Position numbers and translations under genes: made by a program. Shown in pieces: positions 26,622-35,580 of a stretch of 64,000 bases of DNA. Every line of letters begins with the position of its first letter. Position 1 is the first letter of the stretch. The notes beneath the pieces were generated by a model, which saw only the letters and a list, made by a program, of their open reading frames with translations, made no database searches and had not been told where the DNA came from. The stretch is from IMG/VR virus record IMGVR_UViG_3300045988_154953, one strand, 5' to 3'. Source of the stretch: a virus.

Positions 26622-27230
26622 CTATCGTAAACATATATTAAAATAACCAGTAAACTTATCTATATATTTTTGCCATCCCATAAAATTATAACGTTTATGA
26701 AAATCTGGTTTTAAAATAGTAGATTCTTCAATAGTTTCCGGTTCTGTTTCGATTACCGTTTCTGATTCAGTTTCCTGTACATCAGATTCTGTTTCTTTCG
26801 CCAAATCAATCGGATGTTCTTCTAACCATTTCTTAGCAGCATTTTCACATGCTTTGTCAATATCTTTACTAGGTTTATATTTAATTTCTGATGGAGGGGT
26901 TAAATCACCCCAAATATTTGAATAATCATACTGCGGTGTACAACCGAATACTGGAGCTGTCGATGCAATCTGAGCTTCTGTTTCAGTTTCGGTTTCGATA
27001 GTTGTTTCAGTTTCTTTTGTTTCTTCAAGTTCTGTTTCTATTTCAGTTTCAGATGATGGACTTGAAATCTTAATATTCTTAGCAGTGTTTTTGCCTGCTT
27101 CATATGCCGCATCATACGCACTTTGAAGATCTGGCATCTTCAAATCAAGTCGTGGGGTACAAGCTAACGCTGGCATCGCAATTGTAACCATAATAGCAGC
27201 AGTTAAAAAAATTCCTATTAATTTTCTCAT
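26622..27230 (-). CDS. secreted or lipoprotein-like protein with acidic TETE repeats
   Basis: It has a signal peptide MRKLIGIFLTAAIMVTIAMPALAC, a duplicated CTP(R/Q) motif and ETETE low-complexity sequence. Confidence 0.6.
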   Translation of the reverse strand: MRKLIGIFLTAAIMVTIAMPALACTPRLDLKMPDLQSAYDAAYEAGKNTAKNIKISSPSSETEIETELEETKETETTIETETETEAQIASTAPVFGCTPQYDYSNIWGDLTPPSEIKYKPSKDIDKACENAAKKWLEEHPIDLAKETESDVQETESETVIETEPETIEESTILKPDFHKRYNFMGWQKYIDKFTGYFNICLR

Positions 27231-27243
27231 AATTCATTCTCCT

Positions 27244-28551
27244 TTATTTCTCTATTAATTCTGTAAATTTAAAATTATTTTTACTAATACTCATTACGCT
27301 TCCTTCGATAAATTCCGGTGCAACTATTGTTCCAGTTGAATAAAAAGCAATTGTATCACCTTCTATAAAATCCATTGCTTTGCATTTTCCAGAAGAATAA
27401 ATCAATATATCAGTATTAGCGTATATGGCATATAAGGTTATGGTTCCTCCATTTTGAATTACATCAAATGAAGACAATGGATAATATGATTTTCCAGTAC
27501 CATCAGATTTTGTATTCCATCTTTTAAAAATATAATTGGTTTTAGTTGGTTTTGTTTCAGGAATTTGGATAGGAATATCACCAGATTTAGTTACACTTGA
27601 TGGAGCACCAGTGCCTCCATTTGCATCAAATGTTAAAGTATAAGTCCAAGGTGTCCATACGGCATACAGAATTAATCCTGCGTCTTTAGAATATGTTGCA
27701 CCAGGATTATAAGCAACTGTTGTCGAAGTAGAAGAGGTTGCCCATCCTTTAAATGTATATCCTGCTCTTGTTGGTTTGGTGTTTGACAAAGTAATAGAAG
27801 TTCCTTCTTTTTTGAATTGAGCAGCAGGAGCACCAGTACCTCCGTTTGCATTATAAGAAATTCTATAAAGAACTACAGTTGTGGTTTTCCTCCATACAGC
27901 ATATAATGTAACAGACTTATTTGCTTTATATATTCCACCGGCTTCATAATTAACAGTCGAACTATCACTAGATTCACTCCAACCGTCAAATGTATAGGTA
28001 TTACCGTTATCATCCTTTGATCTAGTTGGTTTAGTAGTACTCAAAGTAAGATCTACGCCATATTTTTTTGTTTGAGCAGCAGGAGCACCAGTGCCTCCAT
28101 TTGCATTATAAGAAACAGTATAAGTAGCAGTAGAAAGCGCGAGAGTAGATGAAGTTAATGTACCTTGCGGATTATAAGATACAGATGTTTCTTTGAATTG
28201 CCACGAGAATTTTATACTTCTTGCACCATCTGAACCGTGTACAATGTTAACAGTTTTGGTAAATAATTTATAATATGAATTTGTAGATCGTGTATCATAT
28301 TTAGTTTTGAACGAAGCGGAATATTGTGTTTTATTATCTTCATCTATAATTTTTAATGTGTTGGAAGCACCATTTTCTAGGTTATATGCACCATAAGAAC
28401 TATTGATACTTCTTATGTATCCAATCATTTTTACATCTGTTGAATTATTGTCTTTTTTTGTTGTACTAACTTCTAATTTTAATTCATAAGTATTAGATAT
28501 TGTTGAACTACTCGAAACAGCATTAATTTTAGTTGTATAAGTTGTTGCCAA
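27244..28551 (-). CDS. tail-associated protein with three Listeria-Bacteroides (Flg_new) repeats
   Basis: There are three repeats of Y.V.YNANGGTGAPAAQ.K..G....LS.TKPTR.G..F.GW. The TTG start follows AGGAGGTGA. Confidence 0.7.
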   Translation of the reverse strand: MATTYTTKINAVSSSSTISNTYELKLEVSTTKKDNNSTDVKMIGYIRSINSSYGAYNLENGASNTLKIIDEDNKTQYSASFKTKYDTRSTNSYYKLFTKTVNIVHGSDGARSIKFSWQFKETSVSYNPQGTLTSSTLALSTATYTVSYNANGGTGAPAAQTKKYGVDLTLSTTKPTRSKDDNGNTYTFDGWSESSDSSTVNYEAGGIYKANKSVTLYAVWRKTTTVVLYRISYNANGGTGAPAAQFKKEGTSITLSNTKPTRAGYTFKGWATSSTSTTVAYNPGATYSKDAGLILYAVWTPWTYTLTFDANGGTGAPSSVTKSGDIPIQIPETKPTKTNYIFKRWNTKSDGTGKSYYPLSSFDVIQNGGTITLYAIYANTDILIYSSGKCKAMDFIEGDTIAFYSTGTIVAPEFIEGSVMSISKNNFKFTELIEK

Positions 28552-28564
28552 ATTTTTTCACCTC

Positions 28565-28909
28565 CTATACAAAAGAAATTATAAGAGTATTTTCAGAGGA
28601 ATTATAAGTTAAAACAGCATTTCCTACTTTAAATGACGTTGCGGTTAAACGTCCAGCAATTCTATCTAAATAAACACCTGTGTCAAAAATCTGTGTTCCT
28701 GTATTAGTAGAAGAGGAAGTTGTACCTGTAACGTATGCTTTAGTAGTTGTGTTGAGTGTATTTGTTACCTTAGTATCGGCATCTGATTGTTCAGGTGTCA
28801 TATAAATTTCATTTTCGTTGATTTCACCATTTGATAAAGCCGTTTTATAAGCCGATTCAGATAGATAATTTATTTTTAAAGTTGATATATCTGTTTCTGT
28901 TTTTGCCAT
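28565..28909 (-). CDS. short fibre-like protein sharing a module with the 884-aa fibre
   Basis: TKVTNTLNTTTKAYVTGTTSSSTNTGTQIFDTGVYLD is nearly identical to a segment of the 35581..38235 product. Confidence 0.6.
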   Translation of the reverse strand: MAKTETDISTLKINYLSESAYKTALSNGEINENEIYMTPEQSDADTKVTNTLNTTTKAYVTGTTSSSTNTGTQIFDTGVYLDRIAGRLTATSFKVGNAVLTYNSSENTLIISFV

Positions 28910-28933
28910 TTATTAATACTCCTTTTATTCGTT

Positions 28934-30070
28934 TTATGTACCAAATGCATACCATGTATAACCAGAAGAAACAGTAGTACTTCCTTTAAATAATGCATTT
29001 TTTAACTCAGTTGCAGTATATGTTACTGTCCCTCCATTTGTACTAAATGTTCCAGCACTTGAAGAAGGATTTGAAAGATAACTAGATGTACTAATACCAG
29101 ATCCTCTAGCTTTTTCACCGTCCCATATTAAAACATTCGTACCATTAGACCCTGTATTAAAAGAATCTTTTATAATGATTACTTTTTCTACACTTGTAAG
29201 ACCAGTATCAAAACTTACTGGATTAGTTGTCCCAGTTCCTGTTATTTGTCCTGTAGTATATCTTGTAGATTGTACAATACCTGTACCAGTTACTTTAATG
29301 CCTGCGGCAGAAGTAAATGTTTTGCCAGCAGCTACATCAGCAGTTGTTGCATCACCAAGATTGGTCAGAGGTGTTTTTAATGTTTGCCAACTTCCGATGC
29401 GACAAAGAACATCTTCCGTTCGTTTAAAGTTAAATTTAATAACATCAGCACCATCATTTGTTATTGTTGCATTTGATAAAATGTCACTATAATTACTTTT
29501 GACTTCTTTTACTGTACCAGTTATTTTTTTGCCATTTACATAGCTTGTTTTACCTTCAGCTATATCGCTAGATGTTGCTGTTGCATCAGAAGTATCAACA
29601 CCTGACCCAGATCCACTTCCGACATATGTACCAGTTACACCAAATATAGAAGTTCCATTTTTAATATTTTCGGCTATTAAATTTGAGTCACCTTTGATTG
29701 TTTGAGTTCCGGTAAGATATGTTCCAGATGCGATAGTTTGAGAAAATGTAGAAGGAGTAATAGTTGTGGTAGATTTTGTTGTAAGTTGTTTTGTACTATT
29801 TTTCGTACCAGATGTAACGTAGCCAGCTGATTGAGTGGAAGATGCTGTGATTAATCCAGAATTAGAAATAGAAATGGATGGAGTTGCTTGAGTAACAGTG
29901 TTAATTGCGTTAACAGTAACACTAGACAAGCCGTCATAATTATTATCTGCTTTTATGGTTTGTATACTTGTTGATGGAGTAACAGTTTTATCTTGTAATG
30001 ATATATCACTTAGTAATACTTTTGTGCCACCTTTCGTACAAACTTTATTTTCACCTAAGTAAACTGCCAT
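28934..30070 (-). CDS. tail fibre or receptor-binding protein
   Basis: The ATG at 30070 overlaps the upstream stop codon (TAATG), 8 nt after GAGGTGG. The protein is Thr/Ser/Gly-rich. Confidence 0.65.
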   Translation of the reverse strand: MAVYLGENKVCTKGGTKVLLSDISLQDKTVTPSTSIQTIKADNNYDGLSSVTVNAINTVTQATPSISISNSGLITASSTQSAGYVTSGTKNSTKQLTTKSTTTITPSTFSQTIASGTYLTGTQTIKGDSNLIAENIKNGTSIFGVTGTYVGSGSGSGVDTSDATATSSDIAEGKTSYVNGKKITGTVKEVKSNYSDILSNATITNDGADVIKFNFKRTEDVLCRIGSWQTLKTPLTNLGDATTADVAAGKTFTSAAGIKVTGTGIVQSTRYTTGQITGTGTTNPVSFDTGLTSVEKVIIIKDSFNTGSNGTNVLIWDGEKARGSGISTSSYLSNPSSSAGTFSTNGGTVTYTATELKNALFKGSTTVSSGYTWYAFGT

Positions 30071-31575
30071 TAATTCCACCTCACAATCTTTACCCCTGTA
30101 CTAGGCATTGTAATTTTACCTGTTGTATCATTACCTTTTGTATACGTAATATCTTGTCCATTTACAGATAAATTTTTAATATATGTAGAAGAAATTGTTT
30201 GATTTTTATCATCTTTACTTGCTTTCCCGGCAAGAATATTACTAGTAGATATTGATCCTAATTCATAACCATTCCAAGATGCTAACCAAGAAGTTGATGT
30301 TTGAGCAGCTTTAGAATATGTAATAGAAATGTCTTTATTGTTATTTGAATCCTTAACTTTTATAGCTCTATCAGAAAGACTTGCACTTTGAACGAAACCA
30401 GCATCAGATCCAGCAACGATATTCGTATAATCTTGAGAGTGAATAGCAGTACCAGCAGCTGCAATTGTTGCATAACATTCTGTAGACGTTTTTGCGTCAG
30501 ATGTCGTTGTATTATTTGCTTCTGATGAATTAACTAGAACTATTTTATTTCTCCCTATATTCGCACGTTTTCCCTCTAAAGCTCTAACGCTAAAGCCTGC
30601 GTATGTACCGTCGGATTTATAGAAAATATCTGCATATGTTGCACCGTTAACGTTATATAAACCCACTTGTATAGAATCCGTAGCTAATCCTTTTCTGATC
30701 AACCATTCTGCATTTGCGGTAGATACATTAGATCCACTATTTGTTCTAATTGAAACTCTAATTAATCCAAAACCACCACCAACATAATCTTGTGTTACAT
30801 AAAATAGAGCGGTATTATCTTCAAAATTATTTGTAATTACATCTGTTTTAGCAATCCTATGATAAGGATAGTTGTTGGTATTGTTGACACTTGCTGTACA
30901 ATTATAAATATAACTATTAACTGTAATGTCTTTACTTCCATCAAAAGAATAAGATCCCGTTAAATCGCCGCTATTTGAAATAGTTCTGGCTGTAGCTAAT
31001 TTTGTTGTGGTTGCTGCTTTTCCGTTATAATCTGAAGCTGTTAAACCTAAAACACTACTTATTTTATTTTTTATATAATCCCATAATGCTGTCATTGAAC
31101 GTCTGTGATAAGTTGTAGTTGTAGTTCCACCACCAGCATATTGAGATATATAATAATCGTTATCAGTTGGAGTAGCACTAGCTGTATCTAAACTATTGAT
31201 AAAGTAATTAGCACTATCTTTAGCATTTGTATGTCCTGTACCACCATTGAAAATTGGAAGAGTACCAGTTATACCAGGTGTGATATTAGCAGAACCATCA
31301 AATGAAGCAGTAGATGTAGAACTTAAATTTGTTTGTATTGTCCGTGCTGTAGCTAATGTGGTAGCAGTGGCTGAATTGCCAGTGCAGCTAGAAGCATTAT
31401 TCGCATTGTTGTAATACAATTTACTCCATTTTGTTGATCCATCACCAATTTTAAAAGCTCGTTTGTCGCTGCTAATGGCAATTTCTCCAAGTAACAGTAC
31501 TGGATCAACTGATTTCCAATTGGCTTCGGTATCAGTTTTTTGTTTAATTTGTACATTTAAAACATTATTCGCCAT
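30070..31575 (-). CDS. tail fibre protein with an Mtd_N-like N-terminus
   Basis: LNVQIKQKTDTEANWKSVDPVLLLGEIAISSDKRAFKIGDGSTKW matches the R.DT.ANW...NP.L..GE.....D....KiGDG pattern. Confidence 0.7.
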   Translation of the reverse strand: MANNVLNVQIKQKTDTEANWKSVDPVLLLGEIAISSDKRAFKIGDGSTKWSKLYYNNANNASSCTGNSATATTLATARTIQTNLSSTSTASFDGSANITPGITGTLPIFNGGTGHTNAKDSANYFINSLDTASATPTDNDYYISQYAGGGTTTTTYHRRSMTALWDYIKNKISSVLGLTASDYNGKAATTTKLATARTISNSGDLTGSYSFDGSKDITVNSYIYNCTASVNNTNNYPYHRIAKTDVITNNFEDNTALFYVTQDYVGGGFGLIRVSIRTNSGSNVSTANAEWLIRKGLATDSIQVGLYNVNGATYADIFYKSDGTYAGFSVRALEGKRANIGRNKIVLVNSSEANNTTTSDAKTSTECYATIAAAGTAIHSQDYTNIVAGSDAGFVQSASLSDRAIKVKDSNNNKDISITYSKAAQTSTSWLASWNGYELGSISTSNILAGKASKDDKNQTISSTYIKNLSVNGQDITYTKGNDTTGKITMPSTGVKIVRWN

Positions 31576-31608
31576 TTACAAACCTCCTTTTATTGTTTTT
31601 ACATAATT

Positions 31609-31632
31609 AAAAAAGAGAGCACTAGGCTCTCT
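31609..31632 (-). terminator. intrinsic terminator after the depolymerase-like gene
   Basis: The stem is agagagc / gctctct with a 5-nt loop, followed on the minus strand by a T-run. Confidence 0.6.
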
Positions 31633-31672
31633 TACATTGCGTATTTCATATGCGATGTTTTTACATCATTCT

Positions 31673-34336
31673 TTATTTTTTTTGAATTAATTGGTACAGG
31701 GCATTTCCAAATTCTTCTGGAGATCCGGTATAACCAGCCTTGGCAGCACCAATGTAGATGCTTCCAGCAATATCTACTTTCACACCTTTCAAATCATAAC
31801 AGTACATTCCACCTTTTTCAGTTATATATAAAGCGTTTCGCATCTTCGATGGGGTAAGTTCTTCCTGCTTCTCGTTAATTCTGCAAAGACGCAATGATGC
31901 ATTGGTAGAATCTTTTCCTCGTATAGATACTTCTTCTCCCAGATCATACATATACACATCTTTGAGGGATAGCGTCACTGTAGTCGCAAATCCGTAGCTT
32001 TGAAAACCTATAACCAAGCTGGTCGCATCATTTGGAATCGTATACTTCAAACAGCATATTTTTTCGCCATCCCAAACCGCTGATTTATTCTGAGTATTCG
32101 CATACAACCGTACCGTATTAGGGTTATCGGTATTTACGCCAATTCCAAACGCATAGTTTACCCATCCATTTGCAGTATTTCCCACACCTGTCTGTCCATT
32201 TGAAAATGCCATTGACGTACAGCCAAGCTCTATCGTATGTCCTCTTAAGGCTATTAATTCATCACCTGTATATTTATATTTTGTCCATCCCCATGCATTT
32301 GTATGAGATACCAGAAAATCATATACCTTCCATCCCTGCTTTTCGGCAACCGTCATTTTTGCAGTCATGGCTGATGAATTATTAAAATTTGTCGGGAATA
32401 TATTCGTATACCATTTCTTCGATATCTCGTCCGAGTGTTCCCCTAGATCAATCAGATATACATTTTTAAGCGTAACAGTGCCGTTAAAATACTTTCCTTC
32501 TGGCGCATGAAACCAAACTCGGATATTATAAGAAGTAAATATATCTTTGGAAGTTTTCGTATAATGCCCGGTTGACGTGCCGAGGTCGCTGCCTATGCCG
32601 TCAATTTTATATTCCGCAACTGTTTCCCCATTTAACGGCGACTTTTCTGTATAAATATAAAAAGATGGTGTTGACCACAACCATTTTGCATCATAGACGG
32701 TACCATTAGGAAGTGTCCAACTGTCGTCAGACATATCAAATATGACGTCCGAAAAACCAAACTCCAGGCCTTCTCCTGTTTGTTCAAAATCCTCATAATT
32801 CGAAGGACGTATCACACTCAGGTAGATTCCGCCCTGGCTTAATTCTGTATAAGTACATACGATATCACACGTTCCATCAGAATTACGCACTAATCGCATG
32901 GTTCCTCCAGAAATATCATGTATCTCCGGATCTACTGGTATCAAGTTTGTGTAATCAGAAAATGTCAGTGATGCGTTCCAGTCATCTATGCTCATTCTCC
33001 AGTAAGAAATTGCATTTTTTCGGTTGTCGTCACTAACTGTATCCAATCGCTCAGATACATTATCAATTCTCTTCGATAATTCCTGCTCGACCACTGGTGC
33101 TGTCAGAAATCCATTATTGAAAACTTTCCCATCCAAAATATAGTAGTTCTTGTCAGCCGTTTCTTTTGATACTTGCCCAGACAGGCTTTTCCACTGATGA
33201 ACTTCTAAGGTATGAGTATTTACCTTTAGTTGATATATGTTGTCATCTATCTTTTTTATAGTTTTCTGATTGCCATTAGAAAATAAATCTACAAATGCCG
33301 GCTTTTCAATGCATTTGAATGCTCCCATTGATACATACCCACCACCACAGGCAAGTGTCATAGCACACAGATACGTAAGAACAATTTCCTTATAATCTTC
33401 CGCATTGCTCGGAAAATAATTCAAAGTCCACAGCTTTGCTTTGCACTTTCCATTGGAATACCAGTTTGCATAATAATCGTATACTTTTTTCTGGCCTGCT
33501 TGCCATGTGAAATCATCTTTATAGTTCACTGATGAAATCAGGCAGGATTCCAGACATATGATGTCATTCTCATCAAGGTATGTATACCAGTCTCCAACGC
33601 TAAAAGGCATACCCCCATTAGTGATAAGAAACAGCCCTCTGTCATGACAGGCATCTATCAACATGATCCATTTTTGATTTAAGGCTACATTTTTATCCGT
33701 ATAGTCATTCAAAGACAGTCCCATCTGGTAACAGATATCTTCCTTTGTGAAGTCATATCCCCAATCATCAAAAAACACTCCATCCGTTCCTGACTCTTTA
33801 AAATAATCCAACCAGTCACATATTTGCTGATAAGTATATATTCTTGTGCATCCAGACAAATCTGCTGTTGATCCTTCCCAAGAACCGTCTGAATTCAGAT
33901 GTGCATGGTCTCCATTATATGTAAAATCTGTACGTCCACTCTCTGACTGGAGATATTCAAATGTTCTTAACTTTGGGTTCAGTTCTTTGGCACGTTTCAA
34001 TATCTTTACAGTATTTTCTGTAAACAGTGGTTTTGAGTCTGCCAGACTGTACAAATTTAACCTCTGCATTCCTACGATGTCATGCTTCGAAAACATAATT
34101 GCATCATTTTCAATACCGTTCCCACGTTCAATATTATTGCTCCATCCCAGCCATGCTAGACCTAATCCTTGATCTTCAGGTTGTTTCGTTCTTAATATAT
34201 CATAATTTAATATTTCATCTAATCTAGTACCTTCATCGTCTGCTTGTACCGAATGTGCTGATATGAGAGGAAAGTCTTGATTATTTGCTGGAGTAATACC
34301 AGAAATTAATTCTATTGAACCTTTGTATTTTGCCAT
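31673..34336 (-). CDS. tailspike-like protein with a TIM-barrel glycoside-hydrolase-like domain (putative polysaccharide depolymerase)
   Basis: 887 aa. GTDGVFFDDWGYDF and the surrounding pattern resemble GH114/GHL-type barrels. The assignment is tentative. Confidence 0.55.
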   Translation of the reverse strand: MAKYKGSIELISGITPANNQDFPLISAHSVQADDEGTRLDEILNYDILRTKQPEDQGLGLAWLGWSNNIERGNGIENDAIMFSKHDIVGMQRLNLYSLADSKPLFTENTVKILKRAKELNPKLRTFEYLQSESGRTDFTYNGDHAHLNSDGSWEGSTADLSGCTRIYTYQQICDWLDYFKESGTDGVFFDDWGYDFTKEDICYQMGLSLNDYTDKNVALNQKWIMLIDACHDRGLFLITNGGMPFSVGDWYTYLDENDIICLESCLISSVNYKDDFTWQAGQKKVYDYYANWYSNGKCKAKLWTLNYFPSNAEDYKEIVLTYLCAMTLACGGGYVSMGAFKCIEKPAFVDLFSNGNQKTIKKIDDNIYQLKVNTHTLEVHQWKSLSGQVSKETADKNYYILDGKVFNNGFLTAPVVEQELSKRIDNVSERLDTVSDDNRKNAISYWRMSIDDWNASLTFSDYTNLIPVDPEIHDISGGTMRLVRNSDGTCDIVCTYTELSQGGIYLSVIRPSNYEDFEQTGEGLEFGFSDVIFDMSDDSWTLPNGTVYDAKWLWSTPSFYIYTEKSPLNGETVAEYKIDGIGSDLGTSTGHYTKTSKDIFTSYNIRVWFHAPEGKYFNGTVTLKNVYLIDLGEHSDEISKKWYTNIFPTNFNNSSAMTAKMTVAEKQGWKVYDFLVSHTNAWGWTKYKYTGDELIALRGHTIELGCTSMAFSNGQTGVGNTANGWVNYAFGIGVNTDNPNTVRLYANTQNKSAVWDGEKICCLKYTIPNDATSLVIGFQSYGFATTVTLSLKDVYMYDLGEEVSIRGKDSTNASLRLCRINEKQEELTPSKMRNALYITEKGGMYCYDLKGVKVDIAGSIYIGAAKAGYTGSPEEFGNALYQLIQKK

Positions 34337-34344
34337 ATTTCCTC

Positions 34345-35085
34345 CTATGTTACTTTAATAGTTTGATTTCCTAAATTACAATTATCTGAACGATAAATTG
34401 CATATGATTCTATATATCCATTTGAATTTTGAAACTCTAACGTTGATATTTTTGAGAATCCACCACTAAATCCACCGACATTAAATACAGGCGTTCCATA
34501 CTTATTTGGGATACCATACCACACATATTGATTTTCTCCACTACTTATAGAAAACGTTTTACTTCTATTCTTTTGTAAAGATTTGGTCAAAGTATTTACA
34601 AAAGCACTGTTTATGTTTTCTGGGATAACTGAAGTACCATAATAAACACCGTTACAAAATATAATGCTTGTATCTTTTTTGTCTATTTTTCCCTTTTCGT
34701 CAGTAACCGATAAAGTAAATATTTTATCTGTATTTAAAGCAGCATTTTTAATTATTGCTGATTGCTCAATTTTTAATTCCATGTTATCTATAGGAACATT
34801 ATTTATATTTACTTTTGTTGGAATTTTATTTAAATTCCACGTTAATAAGACTTCGTTTATAACCCCACCAATTTCAAAAACATTTATATTATTCATAAAT
34901 GACAATATTTTGATTGGTGTATATTCCAAATCAAATAATCTATTTTCTAATTGTTCAATAGATATTTCTAATGAGTTTATATTATTTTCTATTGTATTAA
35001 CACTTGTTCTAACATATTTATCAACAATTTCAAAAATAGGAGAATCATTAATTTGAAATGAGGACATTGTTTTATTTAAACTCAT
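34345..35085 (-). CDS. hypothetical tail-fibre-locus protein (paralogous N-terminus with the next gene)
   Basis: The N-terminus MSLNKTMSSFQINDSPIFEI resembles MALKQMKTFSINNSPIYEI of the 35565 gene. Confidence 0.6.
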   Translation of the reverse strand: MSLNKTMSSFQINDSPIFEIVDKYVRTSVNTIENNINSLEISIEQLENRLFDLEYTPIKILSFMNNINVFEIGGVINEVLLTWNLNKIPTKVNINNVPIDNMELKIEQSAIIKNAALNTDKIFTLSVTDEKGKIDKKDTSIIFCNGVYYGTSVIPENINSAFVNTLTKSLQKNRSKTFSISSGENQYVWYGIPNKYGTPVFNVGGFSGGFSKISTLEFQNSNGYIESYAIYRSDNCNLGNQTIKVT

Positions 35086-35099
35086 AACTATTAATCTCC

Positions 35100-35565
35100 T
35101 TACTCATATTTTAAAATTATATTATTAACCTGCTCTATATTTTCAGCTTTCTTATCAAATTCTGTAGCAACTGGATAAGCTGTACCATCATCGTAACGTT
35201 TATAGTTACAGTAACACCACTCGAATAAAGGATAATGACCATTAAGGTAATCATCCTTTCCTTCCACAGTATCGATTGATGGAACAAATTCTAATCCTGC
35301 ATTATCTAACAGTTTTTCACCTGTTGATGTAGGATTCGTTGCAAATTTCCAAATTTTTGTTTGATACACTTTACCAGTACGTTGCATATTGTAATATTCA
35401 GATGTTGTTGCAACGTGTGGGGGGGTTCTTTTGCATATCACAGATTGCACTAATTGGTGCCTTATCTGTTTGAAGAGATGAGATGGCAGTTCTTGCCACC
35501 TCATCAGTAATTTCATAAATAGGAGAGTTATTGATTGAAAACGTTTTCATTTGTTTCAATGCCAA
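35100..35565 (-). pseudogene. fibre-locus gene split by a frameshift at a C7 homopolymer
   Basis: TTG at 35565, 9 nt after AGGTGA, opens MALKQMKTFSINNSPIYEITDEV..CDMQKNPP. That frame stops shortly after the C7 run (G7 on the plus strand, 35419-35425). The track ORF 35100..35516 continues as ..PPHVATTSEYY.. in the +1 frame. Confidence 0.6.
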
Positions 35566-35580
35566 TTAAATCCATCACCT

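Noticed and set aside
26622-27230. Secreted acidic-repeat protein considered as the missing endolysin
   Set aside because: It has no recognisable catalytic motif. It carries a signal peptide with a lipobox-like Cys and TETE low-complexity sequence, which suggest a surface or exclusion protein instead.
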